A stretch of DNA of 64,000 bases from Candidatus Woesebacteria bacterium. GTDB taxonomy: Bacteria; Patescibacteriota; Microgenomatia; UBA8517. The notes under the pieces are model-generated. The model was not told the origin of the DNA and made no database searches. It saw nothing but the letters and a program-made list of their open reading frames with translations. The translations under genes were made by a program, and so were the position numbers. The DNA lies in contig CP065002.1 of assembly GCA_016700095.1 (NCBI GenBank), positions 432,463 through 496,462 of the forward strand, given 5' to 3'. Of the stretch, positions 1 to 9,430 are shown in pieces (positions within the stretch are counted from its first letter, which is position 1; each line of letters begins with the position of its first letter).

Positions 1-451
1 AGATCTTTTAGCATATTGCTTAATGCCAAATCACTTTCATTTGTTGCTAAGACAAAAGGTTGACGGAGGTATCTCGAAGTATGTAGGTGACTTCCAAAAC
101 AGCTACACAAAATATTTTAATAAAAAACACAATAGACGAGGAGGTTTATTGTCGCAAAGATTTAGGGCTGTCTTAATTAAATCGCATGAGCAACTACTTC
201 ATCTGACGAGATATATACACCTAAACCCATACGCGTCAGGTGGTATTAAGGACTTTGATGAACTTTTTTGTTTTCCTTATTCCTCGATAAGAAGTTATCT
301 GGGAACAAAAGAAGACGAGTTGGTAAATAATAAGCTGATTTATGACCTGTTTGAGACGGGAGATGGATATTGTGAGTTTATGAAAGAGCGAGGTGATTAT
401 CAAAAAGAATTAAGTAAGATAAAAAAGTCATTGGATCTGCATGAAAAATAA
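1..451 (+). mobile_element. IS200/IS605-family (HUH, Y1) transposase TnpA / REP-associated tyrosine transposase (RAYT)-like, 5'-truncated by window edge
   Basis: The reading frame is open from the window start (…DLLAYCLMPNHFHLLLRQ…), giving the classic 'YxLMPNHvHLL' HUH motif. Size and REP-like palindromes downstream fit a RAYT. Confidence 0.6.
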
Positions 452-480
452 AATAAAGAAATGCTTATTCTTTTAATTCC

Positions 481-527
481 AACCCCGGGGGTTAGAATAG
501 CCTCAAAACAACCCCGGGGGTTGGAAA
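481..527. repeat. Two copies of the near-palindromic 13-mer AACCCCGGGGGTT, 21 nt apart (REP-like hairpins)
   Basis: Direct reading: aaccccgggggttagaa…aaccccgggggttggaa. Each copy is self-complementary and they lie immediately 3' of the RAYT-like ORF. Confidence 0.6.
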
Positions 528-542
528 AGAAGGTTGCCACTA

Positions 543-592
543 AAAAACCCGCTTGGTAATCTTTGTTGTGTTCAAAACTACAAGCGGGTTTA
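543..592 (-). terminator. Probable intrinsic terminator downstream of rplL (stem AAACCCGCTTG/CAAGCGGGTTT with flanking A/T runs; usable from both strands)
   Basis: An 8–11 bp GC-rich inverted repeat at 548-558/579-590, followed on the minus-strand transcript by a U-run. The loop is long (~20 nt), so this is moderate. Confidence 0.45.
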
Positions 593-615
593 AGTATTTG
601 TTAAAGATAAAGTGA

Positions 616-1035
616 TTACTTCATCTCAACTGTTGCACCGACTGCTCTTAATTTTTCAGCAGCTTCTTTAGCTGCATCCGGTTTAGCATCTTTTACGATT
701 TCTGCCGGAAGATTTTCAGTCATTGCTTTAGCGTCAGGAAGAGTAATGTTTTGGTTAATTTCCCTGATGGCTTTTATGGTCGGGACCTTGTCTTTCACCG
801 CTGTTAAAATTACGGTTCCACCTCCACCCGAACCTTCGCTTGCACCTGCTTCGGCACCTTGTTGGCTTGCAACGGGAGCCGCTGCTTGTGCAACCGGCAT
901 CGCCGATACGCCAAGTTTGTCTTGCAGAGCGTTTACTAGATCTGACAATTCCATTACGGAAAGTTTACTGATGTCCTCAACTAGTTTTTCGACGTTTTTG
1001 CTTAACGCTTTATCTTCTTTTTTCTCGTCTGTCAT
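616..1035 (-). CDS. rplL: 50S ribosomal protein L7/L12
   Basis: Ala/Glu-rich hinge and a C-terminal 'KAIREI…LPDAK…AEKLRAVGATVEMK' domain. ATG start and 4-nt overlap with rplJ. Confidence 0.95.
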   Translation of the reverse strand: MTDEKKEDKALSKNVEKLVEDISKLSVMELSDLVNALQDKLGVSAMPVAQAAAPVASQQGAEAGASEGSGGGGTVILTAVKDKVPTIKAIREINQNITLPDAKAMTENLPAEIVKDAKPDAAKEAAEKLRAVGATVEMK

Positions 1036-1559
1036 GAATTGTCACCACCTTTCGCCGCTTCACTTAATACATATACTAATTTCTGCATGGGGGCATTTAA
1101 TGTACCAACAATTCCATAAAGTGGTGCGGCGATAGCACCGAGAGCTTGGGCAAAAAGAGCATCTTTTCCAGGAAGCGTGCTCAGTTTCAACAATGTTTCA
1201 CTGTTTTGGAATACGTTTTCAACAATTCCAATTTTAAACTGAGGAAGTTCGTTGACCTTGGAAAATTTGCCTAGTACCTGCAAAGGTGCAATCGGGTCAC
1301 CCGTTGTAATAACCATAGCTGTCGGTCCCACTAGTGCTGTATCGGTTGTCTCTTTTGGTGCATCGGCTTTTTCGGCGGCTAATTTAAACAAAGTATTTTT
1401 GACAACTACCATCGTAGCATTTACTTTAGATAGTTCGGATTTTAAAGCTTGCTGAAGTTTGACGGTTAAACCCATATAGTCAACCAACACAACACAGCTG
1501 GCTGCTTTTATTTCTTTGGCGAGGTCGCTTACAAATTTTTCTTTGGATACTTTATTCAT
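1032..1559 (-). CDS. rplJ: 50S ribosomal protein L10
   Basis: L10 family sequence (MNKVSKEKF…VVLVDYMGLTV…) immediately upstream of rplL. Confidence 0.9.
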   Translation of the reverse strand: MNKVSKEKFVSDLAKEIKAASCVVLVDYMGLTVKLQQALKSELSKVNATMVVVKNTLFKLAAEKADAPKETTDTALVGPTAMVITTGDPIAPLQVLGKFSKVNELPQFKIGIVENVFQNSETLLKLSTLPGKDALFAQALGAIAAPLYGIVGTLNAPMQKLVYVLSEAAKGGDNS

Positions 1560-2172
1560 GTAAATTAAACAAAAAAAAGACGCTTCGAAGCGTCAATTTA
1601 ATCAAACAAAAATGATTATAAAATTCGCCTCGGTAGGACTTACAAATCGCCTACTGTCTTTGGACTTAAGGTATTATATGTAAATAGTTGCATTAGGTCA
1701 AGATAGACAGTTTAATAAACTCGAAAGTAAGTAGGGCATGTTTTCCGCACCTAATTTCCCCCGTACTATCAAAAACTTTGGGAGAATTCCGAAGGTGTAG
1801 ATTTCCCTAAGAAGTAAATCAGAGCTTAGAAAGATGTATGAGGAAAAATAGGCTGTGAGACGGGGATAAGTAGTCCTACACAGCTTAACTTTTCAACAAT
1901 TGAATTGCCGCTAAGCGAAATATCACTATTTCATTTGTGCCAATAAAAAATCGCGAGACATTGTTTATGTTTTATAAATAGATCTATATTATAAGGTCAT
2001 GTGAATAAGTGGAAGTAAGTATTTTGGGCGAATCGAAGCTATGTTTCTTATCTACATATTGTTTATTAATTATTTTTTTTATTAACCATTAAATGATTCG
2101 CTTACTATTAAAAAAGACATAGGGAAAATTTATAATTAGCTAAAACAATAGACATCCTTGGGGTGATACACA

Positions 2173-4185
2173 CTAATTACTATTGATCCTTTGCAATACA
2201 CGTCCGGCTGTTAGGGCGGCGAGATGATACAAAATAAAAGCGCTTGTAACATCACTTGCTCCTTCCGCAGTAATTTTCTGATTACTTAAAGCGTATGACA
2301 TCAACCAATCCGCATCGATTTCAACTAAAGTTGTGCCCTCGTCAACCTCAACTTTGGCGCTACGTACCGCTTGGGAATCGTACAACGCGTGTTCACCGAT
2401 TGTAAACCCTTTCTCTAAAATAATGTCGGTTGGAACTCCATCTACATTTTTCCCAACTCCTGTAATTTGCACCGCGCCCGTACGGACAAAATACAATTTT
2501 CCGTTTGCCGGTGAACCTTGGTGATAGAGGACTTGTTTTCTGTCAAACTGTCTTACGGTAAGTGGGGAATCAGGATCTGATTCGTGTTGATTAATGGCAT
2601 CATTAATAATTGCAGAAAACTTATTAGGATCGTAAAAATTTGACAGAGGGTTGTTGTCTACAATCTTGTCGTGTAGCTCAACGGGATTGGGAGAACTGGT
2701 ATATTTTGATATTTCACCAAGCGTTTGTACCATTGTGTAGGGGAGTTGTGTAAGAAGAATATGTAGTGCTTTTGCTTCTTTTGATTTAATTTTTCCTGAG
2801 AATAGTTCATTAGCCAAAGCGGGGTAGCTAAGAATATTTCTAATTGCCTCACCCCTAATCATCATAAATTCGGTTTCACTGGTTGTTGTGACGGTTGCGG
2901 TTGCATTTTTTTCCTCGCTCGACAAAGCCTGAAACGCACCGACAATTCTACCAGGTTCTATGTTTCTTGTTATTACTTGTTGATTCTGATATGTAGCGGA
3001 AACGTTAAGAGGAGGATTTTTGTTCCCATCCTTTTTATTAAAGGGGACAACGTAAAGATTGTCGTTATTTTCTCCAGCTGTTGTTAAGGTGGTATTTTCA
3101 TTTACCGTTTCGTAACTAACTCCGCTGTCAAGAGCAGATAAAGATTCAACCAACAAATAATTTGATAGCGCTCTGAAGGCGTCTTCATTTCCGTGTTTTT
3201 TGTCTGCGTTCAATAGTGCCGAATCGGTAAGTATACTTCCAACTACCCGTGAGCGAAATCCGGTAGATGTCGGACTTTTTGTTGTTCGCACTTTGCCTGC
3301 TTCCTCCAATAAACTTTTTTCTTCATCGGATAATGATTTATCGTTGTCAATAACAAGCTGGGCTAATTTTTCATCAGGACTAATACCTTGTTCAAGAGCA
3401 CTCCTGACTGCTGAGGCGTAATCATTTTTAAGTTTAGTTAAACTTCGTTTGTTGGTTTCGGCAATTAGTTTCCCAAGCTTTATTCGAACTAAATATTTTG
3501 CCAATTTTGCATCCGATAACGCGCGGAATTCATCTTCGCTACCTGCGTGAACATAATCGTGTACAAATTCAGCGATATAAAGATTAGCAAATCCGACACC
3601 ACCTTGTTGAGTGAGGTTAATATTACTAAGAGCTTCGTTACCAATTTCGCTTGGTTTAGTATGTCCTTCGTCGTCGAAATCCCGCATCGATGAGGCAAGA
3701 TAAACAGCCAGCCCCGTATAGTAATCGTTATTGTCACCAAGAATAATACTCGCCGTTTCGGGATCGTAACCTTTTTCGGCGATAAACTCGCCTGATTTTC
3801 TGGCCGTAACTGCTTCTTTGAATCCACCATGTACAAATTCATTTTTATCGGAAAAAAAGACTTCCGAATTAAGGCCATAACCACTTATTAATTCAAGCAC
3901 GCGGGTTCTTTCGTCGTCTGTCAGATCGGAATTGGTAAATATTCTTAAATCGTGATCATTTCCACCTTTTTCGATAGGAGTTCCAACTTCGTTTATAGTG
4001 TGATATTTATCTCCCATAATTTCTTTGAGCTTTGGTTTTACCTCTTTGCAAAACGTGTGTCTTTTCGTGATACGATCTTGTTGAGAGTCTTTTAGTAATA
4101 ATACCGCCATTGTGTCCGTTTTTTTAGCTGGAGGTTGTTCGGGGTTTTGGACAGTGGGTATAGTACTATGTGTATCTTCGGTCAT
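2173..4185 (-). CDS. Large cytoplasmic protein with ~380-aa N-terminal region of unknown function and two tandem C-terminal cyclic-nucleotide-binding (CNB/cNMP) domains
   Basis: Two CAP/PKA-R-like segments: '…IVGAFQALSSEEKNATATVTTTSETEFMMIRGEAIRNIL' and '…FTIGEHALYDSQAVRSAKVEVDEGTTLVEIDADWL'. Both carry the GExAL…R(S/A)A(T/K)V signature. ATG start. Confidence 0.65.
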   Translation of the reverse strand: MTEDTHSTIPTVQNPEQPPAKKTDTMAVLLLKDSQQDRITKRHTFCKEVKPKLKEIMGDKYHTINEVGTPIEKGGNDHDLRIFTNSDLTDDERTRVLELISGYGLNSEVFFSDKNEFVHGGFKEAVTARKSGEFIAEKGYDPETASIILGDNNDYYTGLAVYLASSMRDFDDEGHTKPSEIGNEALSNINLTQQGGVGFANLYIAEFVHDYVHAGSEDEFRALSDAKLAKYLVRIKLGKLIAETNKRSLTKLKNDYASAVRSALEQGISPDEKLAQLVIDNDKSLSDEEKSLLEEAGKVRTTKSPTSTGFRSRVVGSILTDSALLNADKKHGNEDAFRALSNYLLVESLSALDSGVSYETVNENTTLTTAGENNDNLYVVPFNKKDGNKNPPLNVSATYQNQQVITRNIEPGRIVGAFQALSSEEKNATATVTTTSETEFMMIRGEAIRNILSYPALANELFSGKIKSKEAKALHILLTQLPYTMVQTLGEISKYTSSPNPVELHDKIVDNNPLSNFYDPNKFSAIINDAINQHESDPDSPLTVRQFDRKQVLYHQGSPANGKLYFVRTGAVQITGVGKNVDGVPTDIILEKGFTIGEHALYDSQAVRSAKVEVDEGTTLVEIDADWLMSYALSNQKITAEGASDVTSAFILYHLAALTAGRVLQRINSN

Positions 4186-4473
4186 GTTTTGATTATAAAG
4201 GTACCCGGGTGTAATTACAGATTCAAAATATGTAACTTTTAGGTAGTTAGCTAATAACCTTAACTAATTTATTCAAAGAGGTGTGATATGGTGTTTACTA
4301 AAATTACGTACTTAATACTGCGGTTTAGTTAAAACAAAGAACATACTTTTTAAATTAATAAAAACTCATGAGATGAATTAATGATCGAACAATTATCCGG
4401 TAACAAGAACTTAATGATATTCGATTAACCCTTTCCAAATATATGTTTTGTTTTAGAAGTAGTAGAATTAGGT

Positions 4474-5625
4474 ATGTCGGAAGATGAAATTGAGCAAGTT
4501 CATACTAAAGCCGAGGAAAAACTGGGGACTCCGGATGGGCAAGTGTTAATTAAAGAAATTCGCCGGGATGTTTTCGATGAGTATGATCGGGCGTTTCTCG
4601 AGGGAACTATAAGTAGTAGGGAAGAGCTTGAGTTAAACAAAAAACACGTTGATTTGGTGGTTGTGTTAGCCAAAAAGTCTATTCAGGTACTTCGTGATAA
4701 CCGTATTGACGTGACACAGGCTCAGGAAGATTTAATTGTCATTGAAGCGCTTTTACATGATGCGATGAAATTGGTACCCGAAAGACAAGAGTTGCCAGAT
4801 GATGATAATCGTGAGCATTCAGGTAAATCGTCCAGAGTCGCAAGACTTCTTATGCACGGAGAAGACAGTGCATTGTGGAGCGAGCAGTTACTAAAAGACA
4901 GGGGTTTTGAGACGGCTACGATAAAAAAAGTAAAAAGCGATATTCGTGCACACATGGGTATGCCATATGTAGAAAGTGTGTTAAATAGTACCAAGCAAGA
5001 CACGCACGAAAGAAACACTTTCCCGAGGTATTTACGCAGATCAAAAGATAAGTCCGAATATCCTGAACCCAATAGTCTGGAAGGAATAGTACTTAGAACG
5101 AGCGACTTTCTCACGGCAGGCATTTTAGCAGGTGCGGATATTGATCGTGATCCTGCCGCCGGAAGTCTGGATAAGTATTTGGCTATCAATTATGCTATTT
5201 TGGTCGCAAGAAATGAGCCGGTTACCTTCGAAAAGATTTTTAATATGTCACAAGATAGCATTTCGCGTAATGCTAAAAAACTGTCAGAAAGTATTCAAAG
5301 AAGACGAGATGGGAAATTGAAAGAAGTGGAAGGTGTTTTGTATATAGAGATGGTTTTTGGCTTAACGCAAAAAATTGCCCACTTTTCATCGGCTATCGGA
5401 AACGGTGAATTGGTAAATAGGGAAGGTGAAAAAACGGGTGATGCAAGTGCTTTGGCGGGAAGTAATGACAGGGCAAATGGATGGAACGATTTAAACGTAT
5501 TAAAGTCTGATGGAGAAACATTAGATTTTGAGGCTAGTATGGACAAGTATTATCAAGCGGTCAAAGTATTCCGTGAACAAAGAGAAATAGGTGGTTATCC
5601 TGCAAGTGATGTCTTGAATTGGTAA
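4474..5625 (+). CDS. HD-domain metal-dependent phosphohydrolase family protein
   Basis: H…HD motif (KKHVDLVVV…EALLHDAMK) with downstream conserved H/D residues. The C-terminal half is unrecognised. Confidence 0.55.
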   Translation: MSEDEIEQVHTKAEEKLGTPDGQVLIKEIRRDVFDEYDRAFLEGTISSREELELNKKHVDLVVVLAKKSIQVLRDNRIDVTQAQEDLIVIEALLHDAMKLVPERQELPDDDNREHSGKSSRVARLLMHGEDSALWSEQLLKDRGFETATIKKVKSDIRAHMGMPYVESVLNSTKQDTHERNTFPRYLRRSKDKSEYPEPNSLEGIVLRTSDFLTAGILAGADIDRDPAAGSLDKYLAINYAILVARNEPVTFEKIFNMSQDSISRNAKKLSESIQRRRDGKLKEVEGVLYIEMVFGLTQKIAHFSSAIGNGELVNREGEKTGDASALAGSNDRANGWNDLNVLKSDGETLDFEASMDKYYQAVKVFREQREIGGYPASDVLNW

Positions 5626-5760
5626 ATAGTTTACTAAAACCAATTTTAATAACGGTGAGCAGGTCGCATTACCGATAGCTTTTTTCTGCGATTTCTTGGA
5701 AACATTGCAAAGAACTGACAAGAAAAAACTAATGTTAAAATAACAATACGAGGTGAAAAG

Positions 5761-6579
5761 TTATTTATTGACGTCGACTTTTACGCTGGGACCGATTGAG
5801 GCACAAATATAGGTTTTTGCAAATAAACTTTTACCGATAGCCTTAATGATGCTTTGCGCATTTGCTTCCAATTCTTTGTCGTCTTGGCTAACTTTGCCGA
5901 TTGTTGTATGTATTAGAGGTGCTTTCTTTTCGGTTTTTACTGTAATTGCACTAGCTGAAAACTTTTTTGCATCGTCTTTGGTTTTGATAACTGTTCCATT
6001 TTTGGGATTTGGCATTAATCCTCTGGGACCAAGAATTTTTGCAAAAGGTACAAGTTTGGGCATCATATCACCTGTGGCAAGGAGTACGTCAAAATCTACT
6101 TTTCCCGCTTTCAATTTCACCAAAGTATTGTCATCGGCAACTTCGATGACTTTCGTTTTCCCGGCGCTAAAAGGTAATTTTACTTGTGCGCTAACGTTTT
6201 CTTTTTTCAAAACAGCATGCATTTCAAGTGTTGCATCGAACTTGGCATAAGAAGATTCTTTGGCAATTCTTAGGGCTTCCGTAAGGGAGTAAAGCTTGGT
6301 TTTGTCGACTTTTGCCAACGACGTTTTGTATTTATTACCTCGTACTCTTAGACCTCTTTTGGCTTTGGGGGATTTACCTGCTGTGCTTTGAGTTTCGATA
6401 GTTTCGGTTGCATCTCCTCCAACGACTTTTACGCGTTCGCCGCCTTTTAGACCAACACCCTTAACGGCGCTTTTTTCGGTTTCGATCTTTTTTAGTTGTT
6501 TGAGTTTGTATTTTTCAGCTCCCGATATCACTTTCTTGTTGCCAAGATCGGCTACGAGCGCTGTTTTTGTTTTTCCCAT
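5761..6579 (-). CDS. rplA: 50S ribosomal protein L1 (with ~75-aa Lys-rich N-terminal extension or mis-set start)
   Basis: L1 core '…KYKTSLAKVDKTKLYSLTEALRIAKE…GPRGLMPNPKNGTV…'. The longest ORF starts at an ATG well upstream of the usual L1 N-terminus. Confidence 0.9.
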   Translation of the reverse strand: MGKTKTALVADLGNKKVISGAEKYKLKQLKKIETEKSAVKGVGLKGGERVKVVGGDATETIETQSTAGKSPKAKRGLRVRGNKYKTSLAKVDKTKLYSLTEALRIAKESSYAKFDATLEMHAVLKKENVSAQVKLPFSAGKTKVIEVADDNTLVKLKAGKVDFDVLLATGDMMPKLVPFAKILGPRGLMPNPKNGTVIKTKDDAKKFSASAITVKTEKKAPLIHTTIGKVSQDDKELEANAQSIIKAIGKSLFAKTYICASIGPSVKVDVNK

Positions 6580-6582
6580 AAA

Positions 6583-7008
6583 TTAATTTTTAATTTTTAC
6601 TCCCATTGATCGTGCAGTTCCTGCTACGATTTTTTTTGCGGATTCAAGATTGTCGGTATTTAAATCATCCATTTTTTCTTTGGCGATTTTTTCAACCTGC
6701 TCATTTGTCAATTCACCGACAATTTTACGATTTGGCTCTCCAGATCCACTTTGTAAATTAAGTTCCTTTTTTATAAATTCCGACATTGGAGCCTTTTTGA
6801 GTTCGAAAGTAAACGACCGATCTTCAAAGATGGTAATTACGGCTGGAACCATCTGGCCTTTCATCTCCGCGGTTTTGTCGTTGTAAGATTTAACAAAATC
6901 CATAATGGCAATACCATGTTGACCCAAAGCGGTTCCAACAGGAGGTGCAGGTGTTGCCATGCCACCTTGTAAATTGATTTTTACGACCGTTAATATTTTC
7001 TTTGCCAT
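6583..7008 (-). CDS. rplK: 50S ribosomal protein L11
   Basis: The sequence 'MAKKI…VKINLQGGMATPAPPVGTALGQHGI…' is canonical L11. Confidence 0.95.
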   Translation of the reverse strand: MAKKILTVVKINLQGGMATPAPPVGTALGQHGIAIMDFVKSYNDKTAEMKGQMVPAVITIFEDRSFTFELKKAPMSEFIKKELNLQSGSGEPNRKIVGELTNEQVEKIAKEKMDDLNTDNLESAKKIVAGTARSMGVKIKN

Positions 7009-7288
7009 ATATGTAACGAATACACGAAGACTTTACTTGAAGTTTTCGATTATTCATCTACCTCAAACAGTTAAAATACTGCTGAAGTACACATATTGTA
7101 GCTAGTGGGTTAGTGAATTGCAAGAGTTGGTTGGATTAAATAGAAGTTAGAAGTTTAATATATTTCAGCATAAAATATTGTTAGTAATTTCCCGTAAGTT
7201 ATATTGGGGTAAACAAAGACTGCAAAGTGGTGTGTTTACCATTTCGCCAAAAAGAATCTATTCTGGGTGATAATTTGATAACGTGTTG

Positions 7289-8041
7289 TTAAACTTTGGC
7301 TACCTGAAGTAAATCGAGCTCAACGGGAGTTTCGCGACCAAAGATAGAAACGAGGACGTTAACTTTACCTTTTTCTTCATCAATACTTTGAATTGTTCCC
7401 AAGAAATCGGAAAAAGGACCATCAGTTATTTTTACTGCCTCACCGTTAACGAATTTAGTTTTGAATCTTTTTGCCGGAGTTGATACGAACTTTTGGATAT
7501 TTGCCACTTCATTTTCGGAAAGTGGTGTCGGTTGGTTACCTGCACCAACAAAGCCGGTAATTCCTGGAGTTGTCCTTATCGCAAGCCAAGTAGCGTCATC
7601 AAGAATAATTTTAACAAGCATATATCCGGGAAATATTTTTTCTTTAATTGTTGCTTTTTTACCACCTCTAATTACAACTCTGTCTTGAGTGGGGACTAGT
7701 ATTTCAAAAACACTATCTTCTAGTCGCATTGTTTCAACTCTTTGTCTTAGTGTTTCTGCAACTCTGGCTTCATGTCCGCTGGTTGTATGGACGACAAACC
7801 ACTTGGCGTTCTCGTTGTCTGTTTTATTTATAATAACATGGCCTTTAATTTTTGCTTTGCCGGTACCGCGTTCGTCGACAGCACTTTGGTCATGTGCGCC
7901 TGAGTCATTGTCATTATCATCCAATATATCCGTGCCAATTTTGCCTGAAGTGTCAGCGGTTTGTGTAACGGAAACTTCTTCCTCAACCTTGGTTATGGTA
8001 TCGGAAGATTCTTTGCTTAATGGGTTTTTGTTATCAGACAT
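7289..8041 (-). CDS. nusG: Transcription termination/antitermination factor NusG with ~95-aa acidic N-terminal extension
   Basis: NGN domain 'KWFVVHTTSGHEARV…' and KOW domain '…FVNGEAVKITDGPFSDFLGTI…', in the secE-nusG-rplK context. Confidence 0.9.
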   Translation of the reverse strand: MSDNKNPLSKESSDTITKVEEEVSVTQTADTSGKIGTDILDDNDNDSGAHDQSAVDERGTGKAKIKGHVIINKTDNENAKWFVVHTTSGHEARVAETLRQRVETMRLEDSVFEILVPTQDRVVIRGGKKATIKEKIFPGYMLVKIILDDATWLAIRTTPGITGFVGAGNQPTPLSENEVANIQKFVSTPAKRFKTKFVNGEAVKITDGPFSDFLGTIQSIDEEKGKVNVLVSIFGRETPVELDLLQVAKV

Positions 8042-8049
8042 GTAAATAT

Positions 8050-8235
8050 TTAAATCGAAAGTAACGTTTCAATTAATTTTGTAAAAGCGTAATCAAGACC
8101 TCCTACATATAATCCTACTATAACCGATATCAAAACAACTACTGTGGTAAGTCTAATAACCTCGCTTCTACTTGGCCATATAACTTTTGAAAGCTCAAAT
8201 CTAACACCTTTCAAATAATGAGCCAAATTATTCAT
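8050..8235 (-). CDS. secE: Preprotein translocase subunit SecE
   Basis: A small protein with a single C-terminal TM and the 'ELSKVIWPSRSEV' motif. I set the start at the internal ATG (MNNLAHYL…) rather than the ORF-track start at 8274. Confidence 0.8.
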   Translation of the reverse strand: MNNLAHYLKGVRFELSKVIWPSRSEVIRLTTVVVLISVIVGLYVGGLDYAFTKLIETLLSI

Positions 8236-8484
8236 AACATTGGAAATTGTACCAGAGATAGAGAAAAGATACAATATTTTCTAATAATAAATGAAATTTT
8301 GCAAATACTTATTCATACCGATAGTAAAGCTGTAGACGATGTTGGTGGATGTATCAAATATATATGGTTGGCAATTGTCACGGGCAAATAGTTCTTATAT
8401 CCAATTTCTGATATATTATTAAGAGTGAGCGAAGATATTACAGGAGATAAAACCCAAGGAATAGAAAATTTTTGAATAGGTGGT

Positions 8485-9394
8485 GTGGTTGTTGTTGCGA
8501 AGCACGATTCGGAAATAAGCGAAAGAGTAGCTAGCAAAGTTGCGCAACGGGGTTCCGAAGATGTAACTATTGCAGGTGTCGACTTTGAAGAAGACGGTGC
8601 AGATCTATTGGGGGCTGCAGTATTTGTAAGAGCAACGATTCCACAAGGTGAAATATACGGCGTTGTGGCACCAGCTGCTCCATATCACACCATAAGCCTA
8701 TGGAGATACACTTGGATTTACCGTTAGACCTGCAAATGAAACAGTAATTGTCATGGCCGATGGTGTCTCGTATGGGAAAAAAGTTGCTGAAGGAGTGGAA
8801 ACAAGAATTGATTGTTTTAGTCCTATTAACAAAGCAGGTGAAATGTCACTAGAATTAACACGTCTTGTTTTGGATAAAGCAAAAGGTGATGGCGACATGA
8901 TGACAGTAATTAAAGAAGCCACTGAAGATGAGAGAATATGTCAATTTCACCGTGATGGTTTTTCGACCACATTGCAAGTACTTACGATTAAACTTGAAAG
9001 TAACGGTAAATATGAAGTTACCGTATGCGCTGTCGGAGTAAATGGGGATTTGGGTGGTATTTCGGTTTACAAACCCGGCGAAGAACGACTGCAGGAAACG
9101 CTGATTAGCAAAAATACGGTGAGGCAATTTGTTGGAAGTACCAGGCCGCTTGTGATAAGCGTGGTTGAGTTAACGATTGAACAAGGAGGAGAATTGTTTA
9201 TGAGTACCGATGGAGTAAATCGTGAAGTTGCAACATCTGCTTTATGCCATACGCAAATGAGACATGTTGTAAATGGAAATCGGGAGAGTGACAGCAGTGA
9301 AATTGGTAAATACGTGTTATTACAGGGTATTTTGCCGCAACGATTTGTACAGGATGATATGACACAAGTTCTTGTAAAATTTAGTAAGGACTAG
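8485..9394 (+). pseudogene. Hypothetical gene of unknown function, apparently frameshifted (ORFs 8485-8727 and 8753-9394 joinable by a +1 shift near 8696-8727); GC visibly higher than surroundings
   Basis: Frame 2 is open from 8696 and overlaps the end of the frame-1 ORF. Codon usage looks coding across both ORFs. I recognise no family. Confidence 0.4.
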
Positions 9395-9430
9395 AAGGAT
9401 GTAACTACACATGAATATCTTCACACCATA

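Noticed and set aside
746-1135. Plus-strand ORF inside and antisense to rplL/rplJ (and similar antisense ORFs within nusG, rplA, relA, topA, mreB, mrdA)
   Set aside because: These are shadow ORFs on the opposite strand of well-supported conserved genes. Their low-complexity translations are typical of antisense frames in AT-rich DNA.
1560-2172. 600-bp AT-rich spacer upstream of rplJ as a specific L10 autoregulatory leader
   Set aside because: It plausibly contains the rplJL promoter and leader. I could not identify the conserved L10(L12)4-binding kink-turn motif by eye, so I did not annotate it as a discrete feature.
8313-9127. Minus-strand ORFs (8313-8537, 8698-8922, 8855-9127) where tuf would be expected
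   Set aside because: I checked these as the expected location of EF-Tu upstream of secE. No GTPase motifs (GHVDHGKT, DCPGH, NKCD) are present in any frame. They overlap a better-supported + strand coding region.
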